The notes below the pieces were generated by a model, which saw only the letters and a program-made list of their open reading frames with translations, ran no database searches and was not told where the DNA came from. Below are positions 17,559-25,999 of a DNA stretch of 32,658 nucleotides, piece by piece. Position 1 is the first letter of the stretch. Each line of letters begins with the position of its first letter. The DNA comes from a virus. Its lineage: Duplodnaviria; Caudoviricetes. The stretch lies in the IMG/VR virus record IMGVR_UViG_3300042868_001656, positions 1-32,658 of that record. One strand, given 5' to 3'. A program made the translations under genes and the position numbers.

Positions 17559-18107
17559 TCAGCCGATGCCTAGTTCTTTAACGACACGGTCCATGCCATC
17601 TAGGTATTCCTTGGCTATGGCGTTCTTGCGTTTGCGGACGGTCGGCCAGAAGAAGTAGCCCGACTGACCTCGATGTCTCAAGAACTGTTTCGTGGTCGGT
17701 CTAGCACCGCCACCGAACTCCGCACCGAAGAACACATCGGCACGAGTCACTTTCGTTTTGCGCTTACTGTTCGGACGAGTCTTAGATACGAACGATTCTT
17801 TACCACGCAACTTGATAGTCGGGATGCGGTCATTGCTTGCTCGTAAACCTTTGGCAACTTGTATTGCCTGACTCGCTCGACTGACTGTGGTTGCTTCTAG
17901 TTTGACTTTTGATTCAAGATCTCTGGCGATTGTGTAAGCGACTTTGCGCATCTCTTTGTTGAACTGCGGACTTGCCTTCTGGAACTTGCGCAAAGTTTCA
18001 AACAAGTCTTTGACGATGACAGTGTTACCTGCGACGGCTGCGGTGCCGGCACGACCAAGAGTTGAGCCTGTGTCACCTGGCAGACTTGGGAATGCTGAGA
18101 AGGCCAT
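17559..18107 (-). CDS. HK97 gp10-like neck/tail-completion protein
   Basis: Basic protein; 'FFGAEFG...QF...GYFFWPT' motif. Confidence 0.7.
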   Translation of the reverse strand: MAFSAFPSLPGDTGSTLGRAGTAAVAGNTVIVKDLFETLRKFQKASPQFNKEMRKVAYTIARDLESKVKLEATTVSRASQAIQVAKGLRASNDRIPTIKLRGKESFVSKTRPNSKRKTKVTRADVFFGAEFGGGARPTTKQFLRHRGQSGYFFWPTVRKRKNAIAKEYLDGMDRVVKELGIG

Positions 18108-18525
18108 CACTGAATCCTTTGTGGTGGGTTGGATTTGACGCTCTTCCAGCGCAGATAGCCGAGCATCGTGTACAGCATTCTAGGTGATTCTTGTAGAAGG
18201 AGACTTGGCGCAATCGAAGTCTCGCAGGCGAGGTATGCGATCAGCCAGTGGGCTGATTGTTCTCCAAAGGGACGATCACCGCAGAATCGGTTCCAACCTC
18301 CACACTCTCGACTGTTTCAATCCATTCTTCAAACTTCATCGCGGTCTTCTTTGTGCGCTTCGTTGCATGCCAAGCCAACCAGGCAAGATCGGTGAGACGT
18401 AGTTCTGTTTGGAAGTTTGCGACCGAACGATTCTTCTCGCCTTCGAATGCGATGAAGTCGGCGAACTGTGCGGTCACTTTTGTGGTGACGTTGTCTAACG
18501 TCGTGACTTCTAGGTTGATTTTCAT
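18107..18525 (-). CDS. Tail assembly chaperone, -1 frameshifted long form (G-T type)
   Basis: Slippery C-CCT-TTG at 18265-18271; the -1 frame is open for 54 codons (FGEQSAHWLIAYLACETSIAPSLL...) to a TGA overlapping the next ATG. Confidence 0.8.
18241..18525 (-). CDS. Tail assembly chaperone (short form)
   Basis: Follows the tail tube gene; RBS AGGAGG. Confidence 0.8.
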   Translation of the reverse strand: MKINLEVTTLDNVTTKVTAQFADFIAFEGEKNRSVANFQTELRLTDLAWLAWHATKRTKKTAMKFEEWIETVESVEVGTDSAVIVPLENNQPTG

Positions 18526-18553
18526 TCTTACCTCCTGATTGTTTTGTTAAGAA

Positions 18554-18964
18554 TTATGCAACTGCTTTTGTGATTGTTCCGCTGATCGGCCAAGTTACAT
18601 CGGCTGTGTTCAATTCACCGACAGCACCGTTCACTGGCGACCATTCGGTTACGAGAACCGAGAAGGTGTAGTGAGGTGAAGCTGTGCCTGCTGCGGCTGT
18701 GCCTGCTGGTTTAATAACCATGGTCACGGCTGTCGAACCAACGAGTGGGTAGATCAAGCCTTCGACTGATGAGTATTCGTTGTGAAGTGAAAGTGTCACC
18801 GAGTTGTCGATCAAGCCTGCGACGCGAGTTACTGCACCACCACTGCCGAAGTTTGTTGTTGGTACCTCTGCTGCTGTAGTGCTTAGCGTAATTGCTGCCA
18901 CGTCACTGGAAATATCTGTGCCGTTGAGTGTGACTACTGAGTTTGTGAGAACTAACTTTGCCAT
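18554..18964 (-). CDS. Major tail (tube) protein
   Basis: 'NGTDISSDV...TTNFG...VAGL...GAVGELNTADVTWPISG'; position. Confidence 0.8.
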   Translation of the reverse strand: MAKLVLTNSVVTLNGTDISSDVAAITLSTTAAEVPTTNFGSGGAVTRVAGLIDNSVTLSLHNEYSSVEGLIYPLVGSTAVTMVIKPAGTAAAGTASPHYTFSVLVTEWSPVNGAVGELNTADVTWPISGTITKAVA

Positions 18965-18966
18965 GA

Positions 18967-19134
18967 TTATTTATCTCCTGCCTTGTCGGCGATAGAAGTT
19001 GATTTTTCTGCCACCAGAACAATGCGACCCGATGCCAGTAGAGAGTCTAGATGGTCAACTTCGTTGCCATCAATAGTGGCTGGATATTGTTTGTCTAGAA
19101 CCGTGAAGCCTTCGACCACCTGATATTTTGCCAT
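18967..19134 (-). CDS. Small virion-module protein (55 aa, MAKYQVVEGFTVL...LLASGRIVLV...), not in the ORF track
   Basis: Fills the gap between the tail terminator and tail tube genes. Confidence 0.7.
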   Translation of the reverse strand: MAKYQVVEGFTVLDKQYPATIDGNEVDHLDSLLASGRIVLVAEKSTSIADKAGDK

Positions 19135-19137
19135 AGG

Positions 19138-19548
19138 TTAAGCGTACACCACGACACGGAAATCGACTGTCAGATAGGTTGTGTCGTTCGCGTCAACGGT
19201 TGTGATGTTGGATGCTTCTTCGACGATCAATGTTTTGGCGTATCCGCCGAGAGTTGTGTCGGCTTCGATCGCGGCACGAATCCCACCGTCATAAGACAGA
19301 TATGTATCCATTAATGCTTGTGCGGTGCGTTCGGCTGCACGACCCACGATCACACTGACCGTGAAGACATGTGTGACCAAGCCTGCTCGCATCGCACCGT
19401 GATAGGTGATTGACTCCAAGGTCGGCCATGCGATACCGCCGACCGATGGGTTTACTTGATCGGGTTGTTGTGCATAGGCACGGAGGTTCGTGATTGTTTC
19501 AAGCCGAGTCTTGATGCCGTTCTTTAGTTCGGTGACTGTTGCGCTCAT
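19138..19548 (-). CDS. Tail terminator-like protein
   Basis: 'IRAAIEADTTLGG', C-terminal 'DFRVVVYA'; position. Confidence 0.7.
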   Translation of the reverse strand: MSATVTELKNGIKTRLETITNLRAYAQQPDQVNPSVGGIAWPTLESITYHGAMRAGLVTHVFTVSVIVGRAAERTAQALMDTYLSYDGGIRAAIEADTTLGGYAKTLIVEEASNITTVDANDTTYLTVDFRVVVYA

Positions 19549-20171
19549 GCAAACATCCGCATTCGGCGATATGGCTCGACAAGTTGTGCGACGTCTGGGT
19601 CAAGTGCGCGTGTCACTCGTATCGCACCCAAATCTCCGAAGCCGGCAACGCCGAGCGGTGAATCGTAACGCTTAAAGATTCTCGATGCCTGAATGATCAC
19701 CGCTTGCGTGATCGGTTCAGGTACAGATGGCCAACCGTAGATGGCGGTCAGTCTGACCAATGCTTCTTGACCGAAGTTTGTGTTCAATGTTGGGAACAGG
19801 TAATCGCCGACTGCGCGGATCCGTGTGTACGGAACAGTCAATCCGTCCAAGATTCCGTTCACTGGTTCTAGTTGATAATCGGATGGCGACCAGGTGACAT
19901 CGAAGTTGCCGTCTGCGTTTGTTTGACTTTGAAGTGTTAATGCTGTGCCTGCGATGTCATCTATTTCGCATACGAACGAATCACCTGCGGTGAACACTCG
20001 TGTCGTCGCCGAACTGTAAGCCCAGAACTGTCGGTTCGCATAGCCGTCAATTAGTCGACTGGCTGCACCGGCACAGTTGTCAATTAGATCGTCGTCTTGT
20101 GTGTCGGCGGTGCCGATACGAAGAGCAGCCTTGATCTGATTGCGTGTGGCATAGCCATTGGTGATTGCCAT
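19545..20171 (-). CDS. Head-tail connector (adaptor) protein
   Basis: 'YAT...IKAAL...DDDLI...AASRLID', 'YGWPSVPEPITQA', 'DPDVAQLVEPYRR'. Confidence 0.85.
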   Translation of the reverse strand: MAITNGYATRNQIKAALRIGTADTQDDDLIDNCAGAASRLIDGYANRQFWAYSSATTRVFTAGDSFVCEIDDIAGTALTLQSQTNADGNFDVTWSPSDYQLEPVNGILDGLTVPYTRIRAVGDYLFPTLNTNFGQEALVRLTAIYGWPSVPEPITQAVIIQASRIFKRYDSPLGVAGFGDLGAIRVTRALDPDVAQLVEPYRRMRMFA

Positions 20172-20182
20172 AGATTCCTATC

Positions 20183-20803
20183 CTACTCAACAACCAACAA
20201 CTCAAGTGATGGCTGAAGTCTGAAGAATCTTACTCCATACAACTCGCGCAACTTGTTGATGACGATCGGGAACCATTGACTCCAGCCTTCAGGGTTGATT
20301 GCTTTGCTGTCGCCGTACTTGCCGAAGTTACTTATCCCACCTATCGACCCGTTGTCAACGCCGACCAAATTGATTTGTGATGCACCCATGTAGCAGGCAA
20401 GGTGCATCGCAATATGTGCCGAAGTGCCGCCAACAACCAACACATCTGGGTCGGTTGGCCATCCGATGTCAGGTCGCCAGAATGGTGCGTGTGGTCGGAA
20501 GGTAACGTGATTACCTGAACCGACATGTGTTGCGGTCATGTCTGATGCTTCTAAGTCCATGTCTGGAGTGACGAATATGCGGTCAGGGTTTTCGTCAATT
20601 CGTTTGGCTGTAATCGGATTCGCTTTGGAATAATTTGACGCCGAATAGAAGTCGGCGATACCGAACCAGAATCCGACATCGTTGATCGACACAACAACCT
20701 TGTCATTGAAGAATTGTGGTGTCACCCAATCCATACTCGGACCAGAGCCACACACCCAGATCTCTTCACCTTTGTGACGGTCTTTCAAGTCGAGCAGAAT
20801 CAT
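20183..20803 (-). CDS. DUF115/MptE-like (Maf-type) putative sugar transferase
   Basis: 'IWVCGSGPSM', 'SIND', 'TSAHIAMHLACYMGASQINLVGVD'. Confidence 0.75.
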   Translation of the reverse strand: MILLDLKDRHKGEEIWVCGSGPSMDWVTPQFFNDKVVVSINDVGFWFGIADFYSASNYSKANPITAKRIDENPDRIFVTPDMDLEASDMTATHVGSGNHVTFRPHAPFWRPDIGWPTDPDVLVVGGTSAHIAMHLACYMGASQINLVGVDNGSIGGISNFGKYGDSKAINPEGWSQWFPIVINKLRELYGVRFFRLQPSLELLVVE

Positions 20804-21465
20804 TCAGCCAACTTCGGCGGCCAATCCTCACCAGGTATCACACGACCAGATTCCAACAGTCTACGAAAATTGAACACTTCTTGTTCGGCTTGTTCGTCTC
20901 TTTGTGCAGTCAGTGCATCATCGTGTCGAACCCAAGTCCACACACAACGCGAATCAAACGACGCTTCAACATTGTGTGACCGCATCTCGCACCAATGAAT
21001 CCAATCAACATACTTGTGGGAACGGTACGGAATCTTCAACCAGGTCTTGCGACGAATCACCGCAAGACCTGGCATACCGTTGTTTTGTTGATTGAGGAGA
21101 TTCTTATATTGCTCAGGTGTGCCGTAACACAATCCGCCATCCCACCGACCACGCACGTTCACCGCGTCACCTTGCAGAACAAGACCATCAAAGAAGTTCG
21201 GGTCCATAGTGTCGTCGACTGGAAGATGTGTACACCATTCCGCTGACGCTTCACGCACACCCACGTTCACACACGGCCAAATGCGATCATCCCAATATGG
21301 CACAACCTTCCACCAGGCAGGCACATCAACTCTTGCAGTCGTCACAAGAATCACCTCTTGCGGTTTGACCGTCAAGCCTTCAATCGAGGCAATGAACCCT
21401 TCACCGAACCGATCCCAATAGTTCTGCTCGAATGGTGAGATTATTGCTACCGGCGCCGATACCAC
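20800..21465 (-). CDS. Putative GT-A fold glycosyltransferase
   Basis: 'PQEVILV', 'NVGVREASAEWCTHLPVDD', 'YVDW'. Confidence 0.65.
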   Translation of the reverse strand: MVSAPVAIISPFEQNYWDRFGEGFIASIEGLTVKPQEVILVTTARVDVPAWWKVVPYWDDRIWPCVNVGVREASAEWCTHLPVDDTMDPNFFDGLVLQGDAVNVRGRWDGGLCYGTPEQYKNLLNQQNNGMPGLAVIRRKTWLKIPYRSHKYVDWIHWCEMRSHNVEASFDSRCVWTWVRHDDALTAQRDEQAEQEVFNFRRLLESGRVIPGEDWPPKLAE

Positions 21466-22181
21466 GACAACGGAGCCTTCCCTTCAGCAATCCACGGAAT
21501 CCACGAATCATCCATCTGCACCTCAATCAACTGTTCGCCGCGTATCGAGCGACCGACCCGATAGTTCTCAGCCATGAATCCTTCAGGGTCATCAACCATG
21601 AGTTCTTGGTGCGAAAACGAACGCATCTTGTTTGCAGCCCATTCAGGTCCACCCATCCAAGACACATGCCAACCTGACCGCAAGTTAGGTAGCCGTTCAC
21701 GGTTGGATCGTAGATGTTGCGCACCACCAGCGCGTTGACCGTAAGGACCTGCGACCATAGTGTGTTCATCCGATAGACGCCAATACGCGGACATCACCAG
21801 GCGTTTCATTAGATAGCCACGCCAACCTTCTTTCAGTATGTCGATGTCGGCTGGGTTCCAGATCTCGTCACAGTCGGCAACGGTCACGATGTCGTTGGCT
21901 TCTGGTGCGAACTCTTGCAACGCGACAAACAGATGGTTGCGTTGTGCGTGTTCAGCCGCCCAACCTAACTGATGCGGGTTCGGTTCAAATGTTTCGTAGT
22001 GTATTTTGTCGCGCCACTTGTAGAACCTGTCAAGATCAATGCCGTGTGGTTTGGGTTGACCCATGAAAGTCGTTGACGATTCGACAATGATCATCTTGTC
22101 TACGACATCGCCGATCTCTGACAGTCGACATTCGAGCATGTCGTGTTCTTGGTTGAATAGGATGCAGTCAAAGATCCTCAT
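21447..22181 (-). CDS. GT17-like glycosyltransferase (beta-1,4-GlcNAc transferase family)
   Basis: 'IFDCILFNQEHDMLECRL', 'IIVES..TFMG.PKP', 'EHAQRN', 'DCDEI', 'GWHVSW', 'KMRSFSHQE'. Confidence 0.85.
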   Translation of the reverse strand: MRIFDCILFNQEHDMLECRLSEIGDVVDKMIIVESSTTFMGQPKPHGIDLDRFYKWRDKIHYETFEPNPHQLGWAAEHAQRNHLFVALQEFAPEANDIVTVADCDEIWNPADIDILKEGWRGYLMKRLVMSAYWRLSDEHTMVAGPYGQRAGGAQHLRSNRERLPNLRSGWHVSWMGGPEWAANKMRSFSHQELMVDDPEGFMAENYRVGRSIRGEQLIEVQMDDSWIPWIAEGKAPLSWYRRR

Positions 22182-22747
22182 CGGTGTGTCTCGCCGATAA
22201 GCAATATGCGGTTGTCGTTCATCACAATCTTTGTGTCAATAGAACAATGTTTCTCAAACTCGGTCTGCAAAGTACTGATGTCAGGTATGTGCCAAGTCGT
22301 GTCGGCAGGAATATATTCAACAACTATCAGCCAGTCACATCTTGTTGATGCTTCTCGGATTACTTCTTGCCAGTTTTCTTGCATCACCAAAGTATGTGAC
22401 ATGACCGCGCAATCGTATTCACCTGACTTGGCTGCGGTCAGACCATCACCGACACGGAAGTCGACGCCAGGGTATGACGCTTTTGCTTTGCGTATTGCGG
22501 TCGGTGAGATGTCATAACCAACAACTTTGCGATTGCGTAACGCCATCAGATGCGTCTGTGTACCTTTACCACAACCGATATCAAGAATGGTATTGAACGA
22601 ATATGCACCCATTACGGTTGATAGCAGGCGGTATCCCATCGGTCGCACATCGGACTGATACCACGCATCAAACTCTTGAACATCTTCGGCTTGATACATC
22701 TCATCAAGTTTGAAACCGTCTTGCAAGTAGTCGTGATATTTGGCCAT
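22178..22747 (-). CDS. Class I SAM-dependent methyltransferase
   Basis: 'ILDIGCGKG', 'GYDISPTAI'; TGATG overlap. Confidence 0.9.
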   Translation of the reverse strand: MAKYHDYLQDGFKLDEMYQAEDVQEFDAWYQSDVRPMGYRLLSTVMGAYSFNTILDIGCGKGTQTHLMALRNRKVVGYDISPTAIRKAKASYPGVDFRVGDGLTAAKSGEYDCAVMSHTLVMQENWQEVIREASTRCDWLIVVEYIPADTTWHIPDISTLQTEFEKHCSIDTKIVMNDNRILLIGETHR

Positions 22748-23400
22748 CAATCCCAACTTAAATCAATACGCCGTTGCAAATCCCATTCACCAGCATCAAG
22801 ACGCACATTGCGCAACTTGAACAACTCAAGATTTGATTCGAAGGTTGCCTGATTCTTGGCGATGAATGTCGGGTTGGATTGCAATGTGGATGAGTTGTCG
22901 TGATAGACGATCGCCTGCGATCTGGTTATCTGTTTGCCCATCCGTAATGCGCGACGCTCATAGTCGTTGTCTTCGAAGTACGCCGGATGGAACGCTTCAC
23001 AAAACAAGCCGACATCTTTGACTACTTGTGAGCCGATCCACGCACAGCACCAACCTGGTTGACCTGCTAAATGAATCTCGTCTGTGTGGCATTCACGGTA
23101 GAACTTTTGAAGTTCGCCACGCTCAAAGAATGCGTCCGAGTTGAGAAGAATCCAACCCGATGCAAACGGTGTCATCTTGATACCAAGATTCCAAGATGTC
23201 GCCACACCGAGATTGCTCGGCATATCCAAGACATATCGGTTCTCAATGTTTGAGTTCTTCGGCAACGACAAACAATCCTTCTCGATCATTCCGCCGTTGT
23301 CGATAATGATCAGATGCTCGACCGCATAGTCGATTGTTCTGATACATCGTTCAAGTAGGTCATATCGGTTGAGTACGGGTATGACTATGACCGGCACCAT
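22747..23400 (-). CDS. GT2-family glycosyltransferase
   Basis: 'VIPVLNR', 'IIIDNG', 'NLGVATSWNLG', 'LLNSD', 'YFEDND'. Confidence 0.9.
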   Translation of the reverse strand: MVPVIVIPVLNRYDLLERCIRTIDYAVEHLIIIDNGGMIEKDCLSLPKNSNIENRYVLDMPSNLGVATSWNLGIKMTPFASGWILLNSDAFFERGELQKFYRECHTDEIHLAGQPGWCCAWIGSQVVKDVGLFCEAFHPAYFEDNDYERRALRMGKQITRSQAIVYHDNSSTLQSNPTFIAKNQATFESNLELFKLRNVRLDAGEWDLQRRIDLSWD

Positions 23401-24680
23401 GCAGACAGCTCCTTCATTGCAGGTTTCCAAAACTGCTCAAAAACCTTGTCGGCTCCGTACCCTAGGGCATGGGTGATTGCGTCCTGAGAACGGCTTCTAG
23501 GCGCGTTATAGGCCATCTTCAGGGCATTGACGATGTCAGGCACGTTCGGTGTGAAGAACCATGAAGCCTGCGCCGCATCCCACCACGGCTGACCATCAAC
23601 CGTCCAGCCGTCACCGACCAGTTCAGGTTGCGCAGTGAAGTTAGAAACAATCACCCGCGTCCCACAAGCCTGTGCCTCAATGACAGGAATGCCGAAACCT
23701 TCACCCATCGAGCAGGCAAGAAGAACATCGGACGCCGTATACATCGCAGCCATCACATTCTGAGGCAACGAATGACGATACGCATACTGATCAACAACCT
23801 TGTATCTGTCCTTCGACACACCGACCGCATCCAACAATGTCGGCAAACTAATCCCAGACATCGCACCATCAGGCTCCGTGTACAAATACAACACAGCATC
23901 AGGATGATCTTTGGCGAAGATAGAGAACGCAAGAATGTTCTCAGCCCAAGCCTTACGCGCAGGCTGACTACCTTTGTTCGTCGCAACCATAGACACAACG
24001 AACCTGTCCTCTTCCCAACCCATGAACTCTCGACCAGTCATCTTCCGACCATTGGCAAGCATCACAGAATCGGTTGGCTGGAACACAGGTTCAATTGCGT
24101 GAGGAACATACAAGTGTTCGACACCTACCGTCTCCAACATTCGTGAACCAAACTTTGACATCGCTATCGGACGCACATTGTCACGCTTACACCACCTCAA
24201 CACATCTGGCGGTGTCGGCTGATGATCGATAGGAACCCACGATGCGATGTTCTTCAAAGTTTTCAATGATTCAGATTTCAACACCCACACATCAAACAAA
24301 GTCATCAACAACGTCGGTGTCGACAGATCCTGATTCGCCCACTCCATAGTGTGCGCGACAACCACATCATCGCTGTATGTTGCGAGTCCTTGCGGATAGA
24401 TTTTGAAACCATTCCAAGTTGATGTCGCGCCTGACAGGCCGTACATCGCGTGGACTGCTACTTGGTGATCTTCTTTCGCGAGCCTTTGGATGACTTGCGC
24501 GGTTTGCTGTCCGTATCCGGTGGAAGCCCATGGAGCGTTGGAATACCAGACGACCCTGAGTCGGTCGGGATTGGTTGGTCGGACACTTCCAACGAGTGCG
24601 CTACGCCCGCTCGGAGCAAACGCTCCGCTAAGGCTCCTGGCATCTCCACTGGTATGCCTTTGACGATTACGGTCTGCCAC
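23385..24680 (-). CDS. GT4 (GT-B) glycosyltransferase
   Basis: 'SNAPWASTGYG', 'YTASDVLL..SMGEGFGIPVIEAQACG'; start uncertain (GTG 24680). Confidence 0.9.
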   Translation of the reverse strand: MADRNRQRHTSGDARSLSGAFAPSGRSALVGSVRPTNPDRLRVVWYSNAPWASTGYGQQTAQVIQRLAKEDHQVAVHAMYGLSGATSTWNGFKIYPQGLATYSDDVVVAHTMEWANQDLSTPTLLMTLFDVWVLKSESLKTLKNIASWVPIDHQPTPPDVLRWCKRDNVRPIAMSKFGSRMLETVGVEHLYVPHAIEPVFQPTDSVMLANGRKMTGREFMGWEEDRFVVSMVATNKGSQPARKAWAENILAFSIFAKDHPDAVLYLYTEPDGAMSGISLPTLLDAVGVSKDRYKVVDQYAYRHSLPQNVMAAMYTASDVLLACSMGEGFGIPVIEAQACGTRVIVSNFTAQPELVGDGWTVDGQPWWDAAQASWFFTPNVPDIVNALKMAYNAPRSRSQDAITHALGYGADKVFEQFWKPAMKELSAWCRS

Positions 24681-24682
24681 AT
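24458..24682 (-). CDS. Small protein (74 aa) overlapping the GT4 5' end in another frame
   Basis: AGGAGG RBS then ATG; 'MWQTVIVKGIPVEMPGALAERLLRAGVAH' looks like a folded mini-domain. Confidence 0.5.
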   Translation of the reverse strand: MWQTVIVKGIPVEMPGALAERLLRAGVAHSLEVSDQPIPTDSGSSGIPTLHGLPPDTDSKPRKSSKGSRKKITK

Positions 24683-24696
24683 GATCCTCCTAAGTT

Positions 24697-24750
24697 TAGT
24701 GCAGAAATGGAAAGTCCACGGCCAACCCTGCACGAAATGGCCGTGGACTT
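24697..24750 (-). ncRNA. 13-bp hairpin / H-type pseudoknot in the leader of the glycosyltransferase operon
   Basis: AAGTCCACGGCCA-loop(TTTCGTGCAGGGT)-TGGCCGTGGACTT; loop GTGCAG is complementary to downstream CTGCAC (24699-24704). Confidence 0.55.
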
Positions 24751-24760
24751 AATCCTAGTC

Positions 24761-24778
24761 ACAGTCCTTGCGGACTGT
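24761..24778 (-). terminator. GNRA-tetraloop hairpin after the capsid gene
   Basis: ACAGTCC-GCAA-GGACTGT; no U-tract. Confidence 0.45.
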
Positions 24779-24802
24779 CATGTCTGTTTTCGGTTGCTCT
24801 AA

Positions 24803-25999
24803 TTAAGCAGCGTTACCGATGAAGTGTTTGACATGTGATGTTTGTGGCAAGTTGCCGTCGACACGCATTGTTGCGCGGAAGGTGACAAGGCCTGAACTGA
24901 AAGCGAAATCGTCGCTTCGATCTAGTTTGATGCCGCCAACTTGACGAACGAAGTACGAAGGAAGGTGTCCGAAGATTACCGACTTCGCGCTAGTTGCCGT
25001 GTCTGCCATTGCTGGGTTCTCGAATACTGGGTATCCAAGAAGCAAGTCATTCGCATCAGCGTTGAGTGCTGGTGAGAAGACGTAGTTGCCTGCGGTGTCC
25101 TTCAACGAACGCATCTTCGCGATTGAAGACGAGTTCATCTGGAAGCCCGAACCTGCAAGACGACGACCTGCTGTGTTTACCGAGTAAACAAGGCTGATCA
25201 AGTTGTCTGCTGTGAATGCACCAGATACACCCGTTCCGCCAGTTACGCCGGCAGATGATGCTACGACGATGCCCTTTGGTTGGTTTGTGCCTGAGCCAGT
25301 TGTCAAAGCATCGTTTACACGGAAGCCAAGTTCGTTGCCGACTTCAGTTGCCAAGAATGACAAGATGTCAACACCGCTGTCTTCGATCAACTCTGTTGAG
25401 AGTTGTACGAGGAACGAATACTTGTATGCGCCCAAGGTGATGAACGAGTTGAAGATTGGATCCGACTCGCTGATTGCTGTGCCTTCGCCAACGATTGCAG
25501 CAGTTGAATACTGAGCAAGTGATGGAATCTGAAGGTTCTCGCCTGATGCTGTGTTCAAGATCGTTGATGTTTGGAGCATTGGACCAACATGACGAGCAAG
25601 CATGATTACTTGGTCGTAGAACGATGTTGGTACTGGTGCGCCTGCTGATGTCTTTACAACATCACGCTTCTCAAACGAGTGCGAACGAATCTCGCCCTTC
25701 GCCATCGAGCGAATGACTTCTGCATCTGAACGAACACCGCGTGGAGCATCAGCGACAGGACGAACCTGGTCTGCGATGTCACGAGTTGCTGCTTCAAGAC
25801 GAAGTTCACGGGCCTCATCGGCGCGGAGCTTCTCGATTGTTGCTTGGCGATCCTCAAGTTCTTTGCTGATGCGCTCGTATGTCTGAGTCTCTTCTGCTGT
25901 CAAGTCACGCTTTTCGGCGGTTGCAACATCAAGAATCTTTTTTGCGGCTTCCCACGCTGTTGCGCGTTGAGCCATTTGTTGTTCAATGAATTGTTTCAT
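24803..25999 (-). CDS. HK97-fold major capsid protein with N-terminal delta domain
   Basis: Coiled-coil N-terminus; 'STELIEDS', 'GSGTNQPKGI', 'LKDTAGNY', 'LLGYPV', 'RATMRVDG'. Confidence 0.95.
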   Translation of the reverse strand: MKQFIEQQMAQRATAWEAAKKILDVATAEKRDLTAEETQTYERISKELEDRQATIEKLRADEARELRLEAATRDIADQVRPVADAPRGVRSDAEVIRSMAKGEIRSHSFEKRDVVKTSAGAPVPTSFYDQVIMLARHVGPMLQTSTILNTASGENLQIPSLAQYSTAAIVGEGTAISESDPIFNSFITLGAYKYSFLVQLSTELIEDSGVDILSFLATEVGNELGFRVNDALTTGSGTNQPKGIVVASSAGVTGGTGVSGAFTADNLISLVYSVNTAGRRLAGSGFQMNSSSIAKMRSLKDTAGNYVFSPALNADANDLLLGYPVFENPAMADTATSAKSVIFGHLPSYFVRQVGGIKLDRSDDFAFSSGLVTFRATMRVDGNLPQTSHVKHFIGNAA

